Positions 24,012-33,187 of a stretch of 33,403 nt of DNA are shown piece by piece. How positions within the stretch are numbered: the first letter of the stretch is position 1; the number at the start of each line of letters is the position of its first letter. The position numbers and the translations under genes are program-made. This stretch comes from a virus. Taxonomy: Duplodnaviria; Caudoviricetes. The notes beneath the pieces were generated by a model. It was given only the letters and a program-made list of their open reading frames with translations. It did no database searches and had not been told where the DNA came from. The DNA lies in IMG/VR virus record IMGVR_UViG_3300044971_000339, positions 1 to 33,403 of that record. One strand, given 5' to 3'.

Positions 24012-24475
24012 GCGTCGATGATGTAGCTGACAAGGTGGAACAGGATGATGCCACCGATACCGATGACAACAGCAATCAGCGCTCGCTCCTTCTTCTGCTT
24101 TGCCCGTCGCTCTTTTTCTCGCTGTGCTGCCAACTCTTCTGCCTTGCGTCTCTGTACTACCGCATTGTGCTCACGCTGAATCTCGTCCCAGACCGCAGCT
24201 TGACCAGACCATATCAGGAACTGTTTAAGTTCCTGTGTCATCTCGCGTACCTTCTTAGCGGCAATAACAGTCTCTAGCGCCTCGCTCATCGCCGACTGCT
24301 CCGGCTTCTGCTTGGCTTTCTCGTCCAATGACGCTTTCTGAAGTTGATCCTGCGCGTCGAACAGCTTCATGAAGTCGCCCAAGCACTCGTGCGCTTCCTT
24401 GCCAATCTGGATCGCTTGCTTGATGCCAGCGACAGCGGCTTGGGCGGTAGCGAGTACAACAGCGACTTCGATCAT
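23996..24475 (-). CDS. Coiled-coil protein with C-terminal TM anchor
   Basis: Helical body, basic patch, then ALIAVVIGIGGIILFHLVSYII. Confidence 0.75.
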   Translation of the reverse strand: MIEVAVVLATAQAAVAGIKQAIQIGKEAHECLGDFMKLFDAQDQLQKASLDEKAKQKPEQSAMSEALETVIAAKKVREMTQELKQFLIWSGQAAVWDEIQREHNAVVQRRKAEELAAQREKERRAKQKKERALIAVVIGIGGIILFHLVSYIIDAWPGQ

Positions 24476-24627
24476 GTTTTCAGAACCAACCCCAACAAAA
24501 GCGCAATGATGAACGCAGCACTGCCAATAAGAATCTGCTCAAGACGCTTCAGACGAGCGTTGATGCCATCGTAGCGAACAGCGCAGACTTCTTCGTGCGT
24601 CATGAGTTTAGCCTCGATGTCGTTCAT
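24472..24627 (-). CDS. 51-aa XhlA/holin-like membrane protein
   Basis: Translated by hand: MNDIEAKLMTHEEVCAVRYDGINARLKRLEQILIGSAAFIIALLLGLVLKT; ATGA overlaps at both ends. Confidence 0.8.
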   Translation of the reverse strand: MNDIEAKLMTHEEVCAVRYDGINARLKRLEQILIGSAAFIIALLLGLVLKT

Positions 24628-25397
24628 GTCTTGATGATGAAGTAAACACCCAGATAGGGCGGGAGGTTCGCATTGGTGCCAGACGAACCCTCTGTCGAGA
24701 TTGTCGTCGTAATGCTGGCTGTAGAACTTTTTACGTTCGTTCCAGAGTCGTTTACGTTGGCAATCCCATAATCAGCGCCAGAACCTGCCAAACGATCATC
24801 TACAGATGCGCCTGACAAATTGCTGACTTGAATGTTGTGCGTATGCCCAGCATCCGTACTCGTCGCGGTATGTGTATGGCTGACAAGTGTAGCGTTTGCA
24901 CTACCACCAGTTGAGTTGGCACTGTATGTCGTACCAGCACCAACAGGGAAGCGGTCGCGAAAGTCCGGCACGTTGAACGTAGTAGACCCGTCACCCGATC
25001 CGTATGTCGTACCAAGAACCGCAAACAGCGCAGAATAGGTCGAGCGGGAGACGGCAGCACCGTTACACAACAGATAGCCAGTCGGAGCAGATGCAGTGCC
25101 CCACATCATCATGCCGCCGGTAGGAACGTAAGTCGGTGTTGACGATACCCAGGCTGAACCGTTAGATGTTAAAACATTGCCGGACGTTCCGACTGAAGTA
25201 AGACCAGTGCCGCCACCTGCAACTGACAGTTGGTTGCTGGTCTGATTGCCTAGCTGGAAGTCTCGCAACTGTGCCATCAACTCTCGGATGGCATTGTTCA
25301 GGTTAGCAGGCGAACACCCTTCGTTGATGTTGATACCACCAATGTCGGTGTTGCTTGCAGGAGTGGTCGAATACTCGCTGAGTTTTGCGATTGTCAT
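24624..25397 (-). CDS. Short tail fibre with phage tail collar domain
   Basis: APTGYLLCNGAAVSRSTYSALFAVLGTTYGSGDGSTTFNVPDFRDRF; NLPPYLGVYFIIKT. Confidence 0.9.
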   Translation of the reverse strand: MTIAKLSEYSTTPASNTDIGGININEGCSPANLNNAIRELMAQLRDFQLGNQTSNQLSVAGGGTGLTSVGTSGNVLTSNGSAWVSSTPTYVPTGGMMMWGTASAPTGYLLCNGAAVSRSTYSALFAVLGTTYGSGDGSTTFNVPDFRDRFPVGAGTTYSANSTGGSANATLVSHTHTATSTDAGHTHNIQVSNLSGASVDDRLAGSGADYGIANVNDSGTNVKSSTASITTTISTEGSSGTNANLPPYLGVYFIIKT

Positions 25398-25399
25398 GG

Positions 25400-27433
25400 T
25401 TACTGTCCAATCAATCCTGGTTGTTGCATCGTGCCACCAATACTACCGCCAAGCTCGCCAAACAAGAACGGGCTAACCATTCCTCTACCGAGCGCTGCTG
25501 GCGCTTCTGGCAACCGCTTGCGAACAACATCCATCAACGTCTGTTGTTGCAACTCTTTTGAGATTTTTTGCAAAGCGTTCGGATCTTGTGCAGTCAAAAT
25601 CCTCGACAACTCAGAAGCAGTTGATCGCATCTGCTGGTCTGACATCGCACCCATATCACGGCGCATAGCCTGCATCAACAATCCTGTCATGCTCAAACCC
25701 ATCGGGAGTTCTCGCGCAGCCTCAGTTTTGATTTTGCCCATCGCCTCTAACCGGCCAGCAGTCTGAGAACCCGCTAACACAGATTGGCTAGTCACTTTCA
25801 TCTGCAACTCGTCTTGCAAGTTGTTGATGAACTTGCCAAATGCTTGATCTCCTGCGTCACCTTCAGGAAACGTTAAACGCATCATTCGTTGAGCGCGAGG
25901 GTCAAGCAACTTCTTAGCGTCTCGCATTGACCCAGCCAAAACAGTTTGCCCTGTCTCAGCGCCACCGATCCGATCAAGCAGGTTCTGCATCGCTCCTAGC
26001 CTAAAAGCCTCGCGTTCAGATAGAGACATCTTCCGCAAGTCTGATTGCAACTCATCAAAATCAGCTTTCAGGAAGTTGCGCCCTTCCTGCATGGCATCCA
26101 TTGCAGCAGTGTCATCTGCCCAATAGTTTCTGGCTCGCTTGTAAGCGGGATTGTTGCGGTCAATCATGTTCAACAACCGCTGACGCACTTCTTTTTGCCC
26201 AGCAAGCTCAGTTCGACCAATGCCTGATGTTGGAGTTTTGCCAGTAAACACAACATCATCAAGACCCATTTTCAAGAAATGCAGAAATTCGGTGTTGATG
26301 CCTTTTACCTCATCACCTTTTGCAGTCACTAACTTGCCATCAGGGGTGATTTGAACTTTAGGCAAAGGGATGTTGCGATCAGCAGCGATCCTAGCCGCAC
26401 GTTCATACGCAGACTGAGCGGTTGGCGTCTTTAGGATGTTGGTTAGCTCTGTGTTTACAGGGACTTCAACACGGAAAGCGCGGTCATAAAGTTTGCTACC
26501 AAGATCGCTGCGAGCCTCTTTGAGAGCATTGAATTCATCGAAGAATGATGCTCTGCTACCAAACGCCTCCTGAATGTCGCTTGTGAGCCTGTTAAGCATC
26601 CCTTTGTCGCGTTGACGCAAAAAGTCCTCGGCAATCTTTTTTCCGGGGCCAGGAAGTTGTGCAGCAGCGTCTAGGTAAGCGCGAGTGTTCGGCCCAATAT
26701 CAGCCAAAGCATATGGCTTGCCTGACCGCTGCAAGATCATCCCGATTGCTTGGTCAATGTCGCCAACATCAGCCTCGATTGCTTCTTTCAACAACTGCCT
26801 AGCCGACTCAACACCGGCTCGCTCTGGAGGTTTGAACATGGCATCAACCATGCTTCGATAGCCTTTGCCAACCACTCTACCGGCAACAGAACCAACCCCA
26901 GCGCCGACAGAACCAAGCGGTGCACCAATAGCCGCACCAGTAGCTCTTTCGGTTACTCCGCCTTCTGCCTGTCCTGCTCCAGAAACTGCGCCAGTCAACC
27001 CACCCAACCCAATAGCGCGAGGGATTGTGGTTGCAGGCATAAACACACCAGGAAGCATAGCGCCAGCAACTTCAGCGCCGATTGCTCTGATCGGAGATTC
27101 TTCTCCGTATTGCTGCAACCCTAGCCGTTCAATCGCTGCGCCAGTCTGCGCAGGGGTCAACGATGGCATCTGTTGCCCAGGCTGACCAGCCTCAAACGCT
27201 TGCAGCGTCCTAGAAAGTTCAGCAGGTTGTGGCGAAAGAAAGGATCGAATTGAACCAATCGCTTCGTCCGACAGGTTCATCGTCAAGCCTTGCAAGAACG
27301 CTCCAGTTCCCTGAGTGGCAACTCCGCTTTGCAACAACTGCAATGCTCGCTCACCTTGAGGTGTAAGCATCCCACGGTCTTGCGCTGTCAACAGTTCTTG
27401 TTGGAGCGCGTAAAGCCTTTGCGTCGGAGTCAT
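25400..27433 (-). CDS. Large internal virion/ejection protein
   Basis: Ala/Gly-rich helical 677 aa; position in the podovirus ejectosome block. Confidence 0.68.
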   Translation of the reverse strand: MTPTQRLYALQQELLTAQDRGMLTPQGERALQLLQSGVATQGTGAFLQGLTMNLSDEAIGSIRSFLSPQPAELSRTLQAFEAGQPGQQMPSLTPAQTGAAIERLGLQQYGEESPIRAIGAEVAGAMLPGVFMPATTIPRAIGLGGLTGAVSGAGQAEGGVTERATGAAIGAPLGSVGAGVGSVAGRVVGKGYRSMVDAMFKPPERAGVESARQLLKEAIEADVGDIDQAIGMILQRSGKPYALADIGPNTRAYLDAAAQLPGPGKKIAEDFLRQRDKGMLNRLTSDIQEAFGSRASFFDEFNALKEARSDLGSKLYDRAFRVEVPVNTELTNILKTPTAQSAYERAARIAADRNIPLPKVQITPDGKLVTAKGDEVKGINTEFLHFLKMGLDDVVFTGKTPTSGIGRTELAGQKEVRQRLLNMIDRNNPAYKRARNYWADDTAAMDAMQEGRNFLKADFDELQSDLRKMSLSEREAFRLGAMQNLLDRIGGAETGQTVLAGSMRDAKKLLDPRAQRMMRLTFPEGDAGDQAFGKFINNLQDELQMKVTSQSVLAGSQTAGRLEAMGKIKTEAARELPMGLSMTGLLMQAMRRDMGAMSDQQMRSTASELSRILTAQDPNALQKISKELQQQTLMDVVRKRLPEAPAALGRGMVSPFLFGELGGSIGGTMQQPGLIGQ

Positions 27434-28827
27434 TATTGCCTCACAAGTCCAGCGGCTCTTGCAGCAGAGCCAGCTTGCTGTCGAACCTCTGGAGCAGAAC
27501 TTAGGTCAAAGTCAGTTGTATATCCCTCGGCAAACGATCTTGTTTCTTCTGGAAGAATGTTACGAAGTCTGCGCACGTTTGCTTGATGACCTTGAATTTT
27601 GAACTTTGCGGTTCTCTCCAAAGCATCTAATAACGAATTAACCTCGCCAACAGTTAAAGACTGGAGGTTTCCACCAGCAGCGCGAGCAATCAATGCTCGT
27701 TCACCCTCGGTGATTGCGCCTTGTCCACGCATTTGTTCTGCCGCAGACAACTCCAATGACGCAAGACGCTGCATTGCAAGTGATGTTCTGTTCAAAAGTT
27801 CTTGCGTATTCTGGCCAGTCACGCCAAGACTAGACGCTAGCCTTGCAACAACCGCTGTTTGTCCACTCAACGGACCAGACAACACCCCAGCACTAAGCAC
27901 AGGTTTCAAATCAGAGATTGTTCGCAGTGTTTGAGCAGCACCACCAGCAGCCAACTCTGATGCATTTGCGCGTTCAATTGCAGCATCAATCAATCTTGTT
28001 GCTGTTGGCGGACCGATTTTTACTTCAAGCGGTTGTGCTCCGGCTCTACGCAAACTTTCTTGATACTGGACAAGCGTGGGCGGAGTTTCTCCGCGCTCAC
28101 GAGCCTGTGCAACCACACGGTCGTAGTTTGCAAGTTCAGATGAAGGCGCTTTTTGTGTTGCTTCAACCATCTTGGCAAGGCTTTCAGCGCGTTGCCCTGC
28201 TGTTGCCTCGTCAATCGCACCGCTTTGATAGGCACGAGAATATTGTGCAGCAACTGTGCGAATGTTCGGATTTTCGCTTGCCATAAACGGAGCAAACGGG
28301 TCAGCACCTTCCATGCCGCCAGCAGTCAACCCAGCCCTACGCAATTCTGGAATCGTTTTGGCAATGTTGGAGAGCGCACCAAACGGATCGCTAGACATCG
28401 CAGCCAAAAGTGACAGACGCTGCGGATCAATTGAGATGCGCTGTTGAGCGGTAGGAATCGGACCTTCCTCTCCAGCCATCGCTCCTCGTTCAGTAGTTGT
28501 TTGAAAGATCGTTGGGAACAACTGGCGCATGGCTTGTTGCTGTTGCAACTTCCGCTGCTGTTCAGCGATCTGTTGCGAGATCAATGCTTCCTGCGTTCTC
28601 TGCTGCAGAACATTGCCATACGCTTGTTGGCCAGCAGCTAGCCCCTGCGCCAACGCCTGTCCAGTGGAGATGGGAGTACGGCTAGGAGCACCGGCTTGCA
28701 TAAGACCGAGAGCAGCACCCAGCAGACCCTGCTGTTGGGCTTGTTGTCGCGCCAGCCTCGCCTGTTCCTCTCCCAGCAGACCGGGAAGGTAGGAAGGCGC
28801 AGCAGGGAAGAAATTAGAAAGGTCCAT
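27433..28827 (-). CDS. Internal virion/ejection protein
   Basis: Q/A-rich N-terminus; GQGAITEGER motif; GAGG before ATG at 28827. Confidence 0.65.
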   Translation of the reverse strand: MDLSNFFPAAPSYLPGLLGEEQARLARQQAQQQGLLGAALGLMQAGAPSRTPISTGQALAQGLAAGQQAYGNVLQQRTQEALISQQIAEQQRKLQQQQAMRQLFPTIFQTTTERGAMAGEEGPIPTAQQRISIDPQRLSLLAAMSSDPFGALSNIAKTIPELRRAGLTAGGMEGADPFAPFMASENPNIRTVAAQYSRAYQSGAIDEATAGQRAESLAKMVEATQKAPSSELANYDRVVAQARERGETPPTLVQYQESLRRAGAQPLEVKIGPPTATRLIDAAIERANASELAAGGAAQTLRTISDLKPVLSAGVLSGPLSGQTAVVARLASSLGVTGQNTQELLNRTSLAMQRLASLELSAAEQMRGQGAITEGERALIARAAGGNLQSLTVGEVNSLLDALERTAKFKIQGHQANVRRLRNILPEETRSFAEGYTTDFDLSSAPEVRQQAGSAARAAGLVRQ

Positions 28828-28835
28828 GTTTGCCC

Positions 28836-29375
28836 TCACAACAGGCTGATTTGTCGTTTCTCAACGCGCTTGGGAGCCAGCAGCGACATGATTGGATCTT
28901 GCTGCACTAGCCGAGGATCACCACGCTTTACTCCACCGCCGGCAACTGGTTGCGGTTGCTGACCACCCAGCATATTCATTGCAGAAAGCGCCATCAACGG
29001 ATTCATTCGCGCAGCCATCGGAGATGCGCCAGCAACAGCGGACGCTCCGGGTAGATCGCTTCCAAGGCTCGCACGAGCGATAGCGTCGAAGTCAAACATT
29101 GGTGTATTTGACAGACCAGTGGACGTAACTTGACCACTTGCAATCGGAACCAAACCCTGTGCCTGACTAGCAGTAATGTAGTCCGACAGGACAGGCGCAA
29201 CGTCTGGTCTTACTAGCGAGATTGAACCCTGTGCCCCACCCATCGCACCGGATGCGATACCGCCGCCAACACCACCCAGCGCAGCGCCCATCATCGCACC
29301 CTTCAGCGGGTCGTCTCGATTGGTTGCCGCGCCTAACGCAGCACCAGCCATCATCATCGTTGCCGGATCAGCCAT
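28836..29375 (-). CDS. Small ejection/pilot protein
   Basis: MADPATMMMAGAALGAA Gly/Ala-rich hydrophobic N-terminus. Confidence 0.62.
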   Translation of the reverse strand: MADPATMMMAGAALGAATNRDDPLKGAMMGAALGGVGGGIASGAMGGAQGSISLVRPDVAPVLSDYITASQAQGLVPIASGQVTSTGLSNTPMFDFDAIARASLGSDLPGASAVAGASPMAARMNPLMALSAMNMLGGQQPQPVAGGGVKRGDPRLVQQDPIMSLLAPKRVEKRQISLL

Positions 29376-29376
29376 G

Positions 29377-30219
29377 TTACCTCCCGCTTGCGCCTAACAG
29401 ACCACCTGCAACAGCGCCAGGAACGGCGTATTGCGATCCCGCCATGCCACCCAAGGTGTACCCAGCTAGACCACCACCAAGCGCACCAGCAATCGGTGAA
29501 CGATACGTCGGAGCGGTAGTGATCGTCCCCATCGGCGCACCGTAAACGGCTCCAAGAAAGCTTTGTAGCGCACTGTACGGGGCTTGCTGGCCAAAGTTGA
29601 ACCGAGCAATGTCCGCTGCAAGTGCCTGCTCTTGGTAAGCCTCCTGGGCCTGTCCTGCTTGCAGAAGACGCTGAAGGTCGGCGTATTCGGACTGAGCCAG
29701 ACCCGGAGCAGCAGCGGCTGCGGCTTCTTGTCTAGCGCGTTCTTGTGCGTAGTTCTGATAAGCCATCTGCTGAGAGATGTCACCAAGACCACGAGCAAAC
29801 GCTTCTGTCGCACCGCTTTCCAACTGAGCCTGCGCCCCTGAACCGTATCGGCCAGCAGCAGACGCTTGTGACTGGATTTGTCCTAGACGTTGCTGGAACT
29901 GTTGTTCTAGCGGACGGGATGCAGCAGCTATAGCACCTTGCAGAAACGGATTCGGCCCGAGATACGCACCGGATACCGTCCCTAGTTGCTGCTGTAGCGC
30001 GGTCTGCTGGAGCGGAGAACCTGCCATCGCTCGCTGACCAGCAGTTTGCAGGGCTTGCGTCGTAAACTGGCTCGGGTTAACGTAAGTCTGACCCGGGAAA
30101 TACTGCGGAGGTCCACCCTGGTAGAGACGTTGCGCCTCTTGCAGACCAAACTCTACGAACGGTTGAACAGTCGGATCAATCCGCTGCTGGGAAACTTGTT
30201 GCGATCCACCGCCAGCCAT
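29377..30219 (-). CDS. Ejection/pilot protein
   Basis: MAGGGSQ start; Q/A-rich; Gly-rich hydrophobic C-terminus. Confidence 0.65.
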   Translation of the reverse strand: MAGGGSQQVSQQRIDPTVQPFVEFGLQEAQRLYQGGPPQYFPGQTYVNPSQFTTQALQTAGQRAMAGSPLQQTALQQQLGTVSGAYLGPNPFLQGAIAAASRPLEQQFQQRLGQIQSQASAAGRYGSGAQAQLESGATEAFARGLGDISQQMAYQNYAQERARQEAAAAAAPGLAQSEYADLQRLLQAGQAQEAYQEQALAADIARFNFGQQAPYSALQSFLGAVYGAPMGTITTAPTYRSPIAGALGGGLAGYTLGGMAGSQYAVPGAVAGGLLGASGR

Positions 30220-30220
30220 A

Positions 30221-30616
30221 TTACACCTCTGCTATCCACTGCTTAGGTCGGAATCCGTGTTTTCTTGCTACACGCTCCCAACCGGGACGATTTGAGTCAA
30301 ATGAAATTCTACGCGACCCACCCGCTTTCGCAATCTCGCGGATGTGTCTAAAGCCCTCATCCATCAGCATCTGCCCCCAACCGCACCAAACATGGAGGCA
30401 GTCACCCAACGGTTGCATCACTCCAAACCCGACAGGCTTCCCCTGATCCGTTACCACCCACAGCATAGACCGACCATTAAAACAGTCGGTGTATACATCC
30501 TCCGGTATCCAGTTGCCATCTGAGTATTCTTGTACTTCCAACAGCCCAGGTCTGACCCATCCCCAGATCTCCCGCAACTTCTGCGGCTCAATGAACACTC
30601 TATCCAAGGACGACAT
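30221..30616 (-). CDS. GNAT-like virion assembly protein
   Basis: LWVV..VGFGV..LHVWCGWG..RISFDSNRPGWERVA; lies between tail and ejection genes; alternative GTG start at 30598. Confidence 0.55.
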   Translation of the reverse strand: MSSLDRVFIEPQKLREIWGWVRPGLLEVQEYSDGNWIPEDVYTDCFNGRSMLWVVTDQGKPVGFGVMQPLGDCLHVWCGWGQMLMDEGFRHIREIAKAGGSRRISFDSNRPGWERVARKHGFRPKQWIAEV

Positions 30617-31382
30617 ATCGATATGTTTTGTCTGCGGTTGAGTTGGCAAAGTGGTTGACCGTACACTGACCCTGAGTCTGGTTCGATGCGTAAATGTCAG
30701 ACGATGATGACTCGTCGACTTTGTTGATCGTGACAATCGCACTCGGAGTCGTCGGTCGTGTCGGACTTGTCTGCGCTGGCAACTGCTCAAGCGTCACATC
30801 TGTAGAAGTTGTCGCCCACATGATCTGGACGTAATCGCCTGCTGCCAGTTGGATGTAGAAGTTCAGCGCAGCAATCAGATGACCATCCGTGCCGCCATGC
30901 CTGTTAGGGACTGAGAACTTGCTATTCGACCCGGCAACATCAGTCCCGTTCTTACGGAACCATACGTCAACGTCTTGGATGGCAACGTTGGTATTGGCGA
31001 ACTGAAACGAAAACTGAATGTTGTAGACGCCAGCAGATCGGACGGTTATCTGCGAGTTGCTGACAATCGCAACACCAACAGCATAGTCCGTCGTGTTAAA
31101 CGTCACCGCATACGCTGCGGTTGTGCTAGCAGCGGATTGGTCTGTAGTGTCCTGAAACGCTCCGTATGGCACTGCATCGGCTATCGCAGCAGCAGAGTAC
31201 GGTACAAACAGAATTAACGAATCTTCGCTGATCCTAGCGTCGAGAAGGGTGGTGGTCGTGGCGTTACCCGTCGACAGCGTAATAGTGCTGACAGAGTTGA
31301 TCTTGCCATCAAGGATGCGGTTGACAACTTCAGCGACTTGCCTCGGCTGTCCACCGGCCTGGGGCAGACGCAGAAACATCAT
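30600..31382 (-). CDS. Tail protein with C1q/BclA-like beta-sandwich
   Basis: PYGAFQDTTDQ..ITVRSAGVYNIQFSFQ..VWFRKNG..LAAGDYVQIMW. Confidence 0.65.
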   Translation of the reverse strand: MMFLRLPQAGGQPRQVAEVVNRILDGKINSVSTITLSTGNATTTTLLDARISEDSLILFVPYSAAAIADAVPYGAFQDTTDQSAASTTAAYAVTFNTTDYAVGVAIVSNSQITVRSAGVYNIQFSFQFANTNVAIQDVDVWFRKNGTDVAGSNSKFSVPNRHGGTDGHLIAALNFYIQLAAGDYVQIMWATTSTDVTLEQLPAQTSPTRPTTPSAIVTINKVDESSSSDIYASNQTQGQCTVNHFANSTADKTYRYVVLG

Positions 31383-33028
31383 CGGCCCCCGGTCGGAATC
31401 AGATCAACGTCAACACCTACAGCGCTGACCCAGTTACCAGTTGGTACAACAGAAAGACGATGAAACTTGCCGCGAGAACGTAGAGACACGCGATTATCAG
31501 AATCAGCAGCAACAGGACTCGCATAGCTGATGTTCCCGTCCAACCTCTTTCGAGACGCTACAGCCACCGTCGCTGACCCGTTGTCAATCAGCGGCCTCGC
31601 AAGCGTGATGATAGATTCAAGACCCTGCGCCTCAATATCGCCAGTCTGAAGCGTAGCAGTAAGATCCTCGCCTCCGAAAGTAATGATCTTATCCCCATCG
31701 ACGCCACCCTGAATCAGTTTGCCGCCAGACCAAATACGAGAATCCAGGCTTGCAGGAACCGTGTCGATGTTCGGATACAGCGCCGCAAGGCTTTCCAAAT
31801 CCGTACTGCTAGTTGCTACAGTGCTCACATAATCAGCGGTCGTTTCGCCATGCGTCCACTTGTCCACCTGCCAGTTGTAGACCAGCAGTTGCTTCATCTG
31901 GAAGATGTCGGTAAAGCCCCATGTCACCGTCTTGTTGATCGGGTCAACAGCAGCAGACATCTCCGTTAGCTTGCCAGGATCGAGTACAGAGTAGAACCAA
32001 CGGTCTACTCTCTCAGCACCGATTGGTTTAACCGTCTGACCGTCGCAGACAAAGAACCCATCGTCTGACAGGAAGAACGTCATTGACCCGTACTGCACGA
32101 CAGAACGGGACTCGTAGCAGCCAAGCGAACGGGTAAGTGTGTCGAACTGGAAATAAAGGGGAGCGCCGATGTACGTCATCCGCACAATAGAACGCTCCAT
32201 AAGAACAAGCCCAAACTCACCACCAGTCAACCCACGAACCTCACCACCATCAGGAATATCCTGCGAATCAGCCTGACTACCAGAACCAGATGTCCAGTCT
32301 GTAGCGTCGTTAATGTCAGACCACTGCACTCGATTGGGATAGCTTGCCTGTTTGCCAGTGACTACAAAGTCACGAACAGTCGTCACAAACTGAGCAGACG
32401 GAGCAGATGCGTTGAGATCGGCAAAGTTGGCTGATGATCCAACCGTCCATGCTTGGAGTTTGTCCAGACCATTAGCAGCGATCAAAGTCTGACCAAACTG
32501 CGTAAACGTCCACTGTGTAGTGGTTGTGTATGCGGATGCTGTGCGCGATACGTCTTGCAGATACTTCAGCGTTGTCGCTGTGCCTCCAGAGGTGTAAGTG
32601 CCGAACGCTGTCGAGTTCACTCCGTTAAGACTGAACGAGTTAGCATCGATCACCGTTATGACGTAAGAGTTGCCGTTTAGCTGCGTCATCCCGCCAACAG
32701 CAGCAATCAATACTGTGATCCCTGTACGGAACCCATGACCCGTGGCGGTAATTACGCAAGGGTTAGCCTTCGTCGCTCCGGTAATCGTTGCAATCTTGCT
32801 AGGCCAATAGCGGAATAGCTTGTTAGCGCCAGCAGCAATCAACAGGGTATCGGTGTTCCACCGGGCTACAGAACAAGTCAGCAGGTTTTCGCTTGCAGAG
32901 TTGGAGAAATCGGCAGCGCTGGGCATAGGCCCGTAACCTACAAGCGTAGGTAAGACGTTCTTTGCCTCAACCAGACTGTCGGCAATACCCGGGCGGTCTG
33001 GTGTCCACTGGCCGAAATTTACTCTCAT
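31379..33028 (-). CDS. Tail nozzle/stabilisation protein (beta-propeller) with E1-FCCH-like insertion
   Basis: WTFTQFG, NRVQWSDIND..W and FFLSDDGFF motifs; ITGATKANPCVITATGHG..GGMTQLNG insert. Confidence 0.78.
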   Translation of the reverse strand: MRVNFGQWTPDRPGIADSLVEAKNVLPTLVGYGPMPSAADFSNSASENLLTCSVARWNTDTLLIAAGANKLFRYWPSKIATITGATKANPCVITATGHGFRTGITVLIAAVGGMTQLNGNSYVITVIDANSFSLNGVNSTAFGTYTSGGTATTLKYLQDVSRTASAYTTTTQWTFTQFGQTLIAANGLDKLQAWTVGSSANFADLNASAPSAQFVTTVRDFVVTGKQASYPNRVQWSDINDATDWTSGSGSQADSQDIPDGGEVRGLTGGEFGLVLMERSIVRMTYIGAPLYFQFDTLTRSLGCYESRSVVQYGSMTFFLSDDGFFVCDGQTVKPIGAERVDRWFYSVLDPGKLTEMSAAVDPINKTVTWGFTDIFQMKQLLVYNWQVDKWTHGETTADYVSTVATSSTDLESLAALYPNIDTVPASLDSRIWSGGKLIQGGVDGDKIITFGGEDLTATLQTGDIEAQGLESIITLARPLIDNGSATVAVASRKRLDGNISYASPVAADSDNRVSLRSRGKFHRLSVVPTGNWVSAVGVDVDLIPTGGR

Positions 33029-33187
33029 TCTGCCTTCGTCTGCTCTTGAACCTGCTCACGCAGCTTTTGCCACAGCGCGACCGACATCTCCAACGGCAGT
33101 TTGCCCAGCCCCATCGCAATGATGTTGGCCTCCTCTACCGTGATCTTGATGGTGAACTCTTGCATCTCAGGCAGCCCAGGGAAGGGG
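33011..33187. repeat. Terminal direct repeat, copy 2
   Basis: Matches 1-177 with 4 substitutions. Confidence 0.97.
33025..33165 (-). CDS. Second copy of the 46-aa tail-associated protein (one L-to-I change)
   Basis: Same ORF as 15..155. Confidence 0.8.
   Translation of the reverse strand: MQEFTIKITVEEANIIAMGLGKLPLEMSVALWQKLREQVQEQTKAE

Noticed and set aside
33011-33187. Physical T7-like direct terminal repeat
   Set aside because: The copies differ, the sequence continues past the repeat into an alternative allele, and the site is within tail genes; an assembly overlap of a circular or permuted genome fits better
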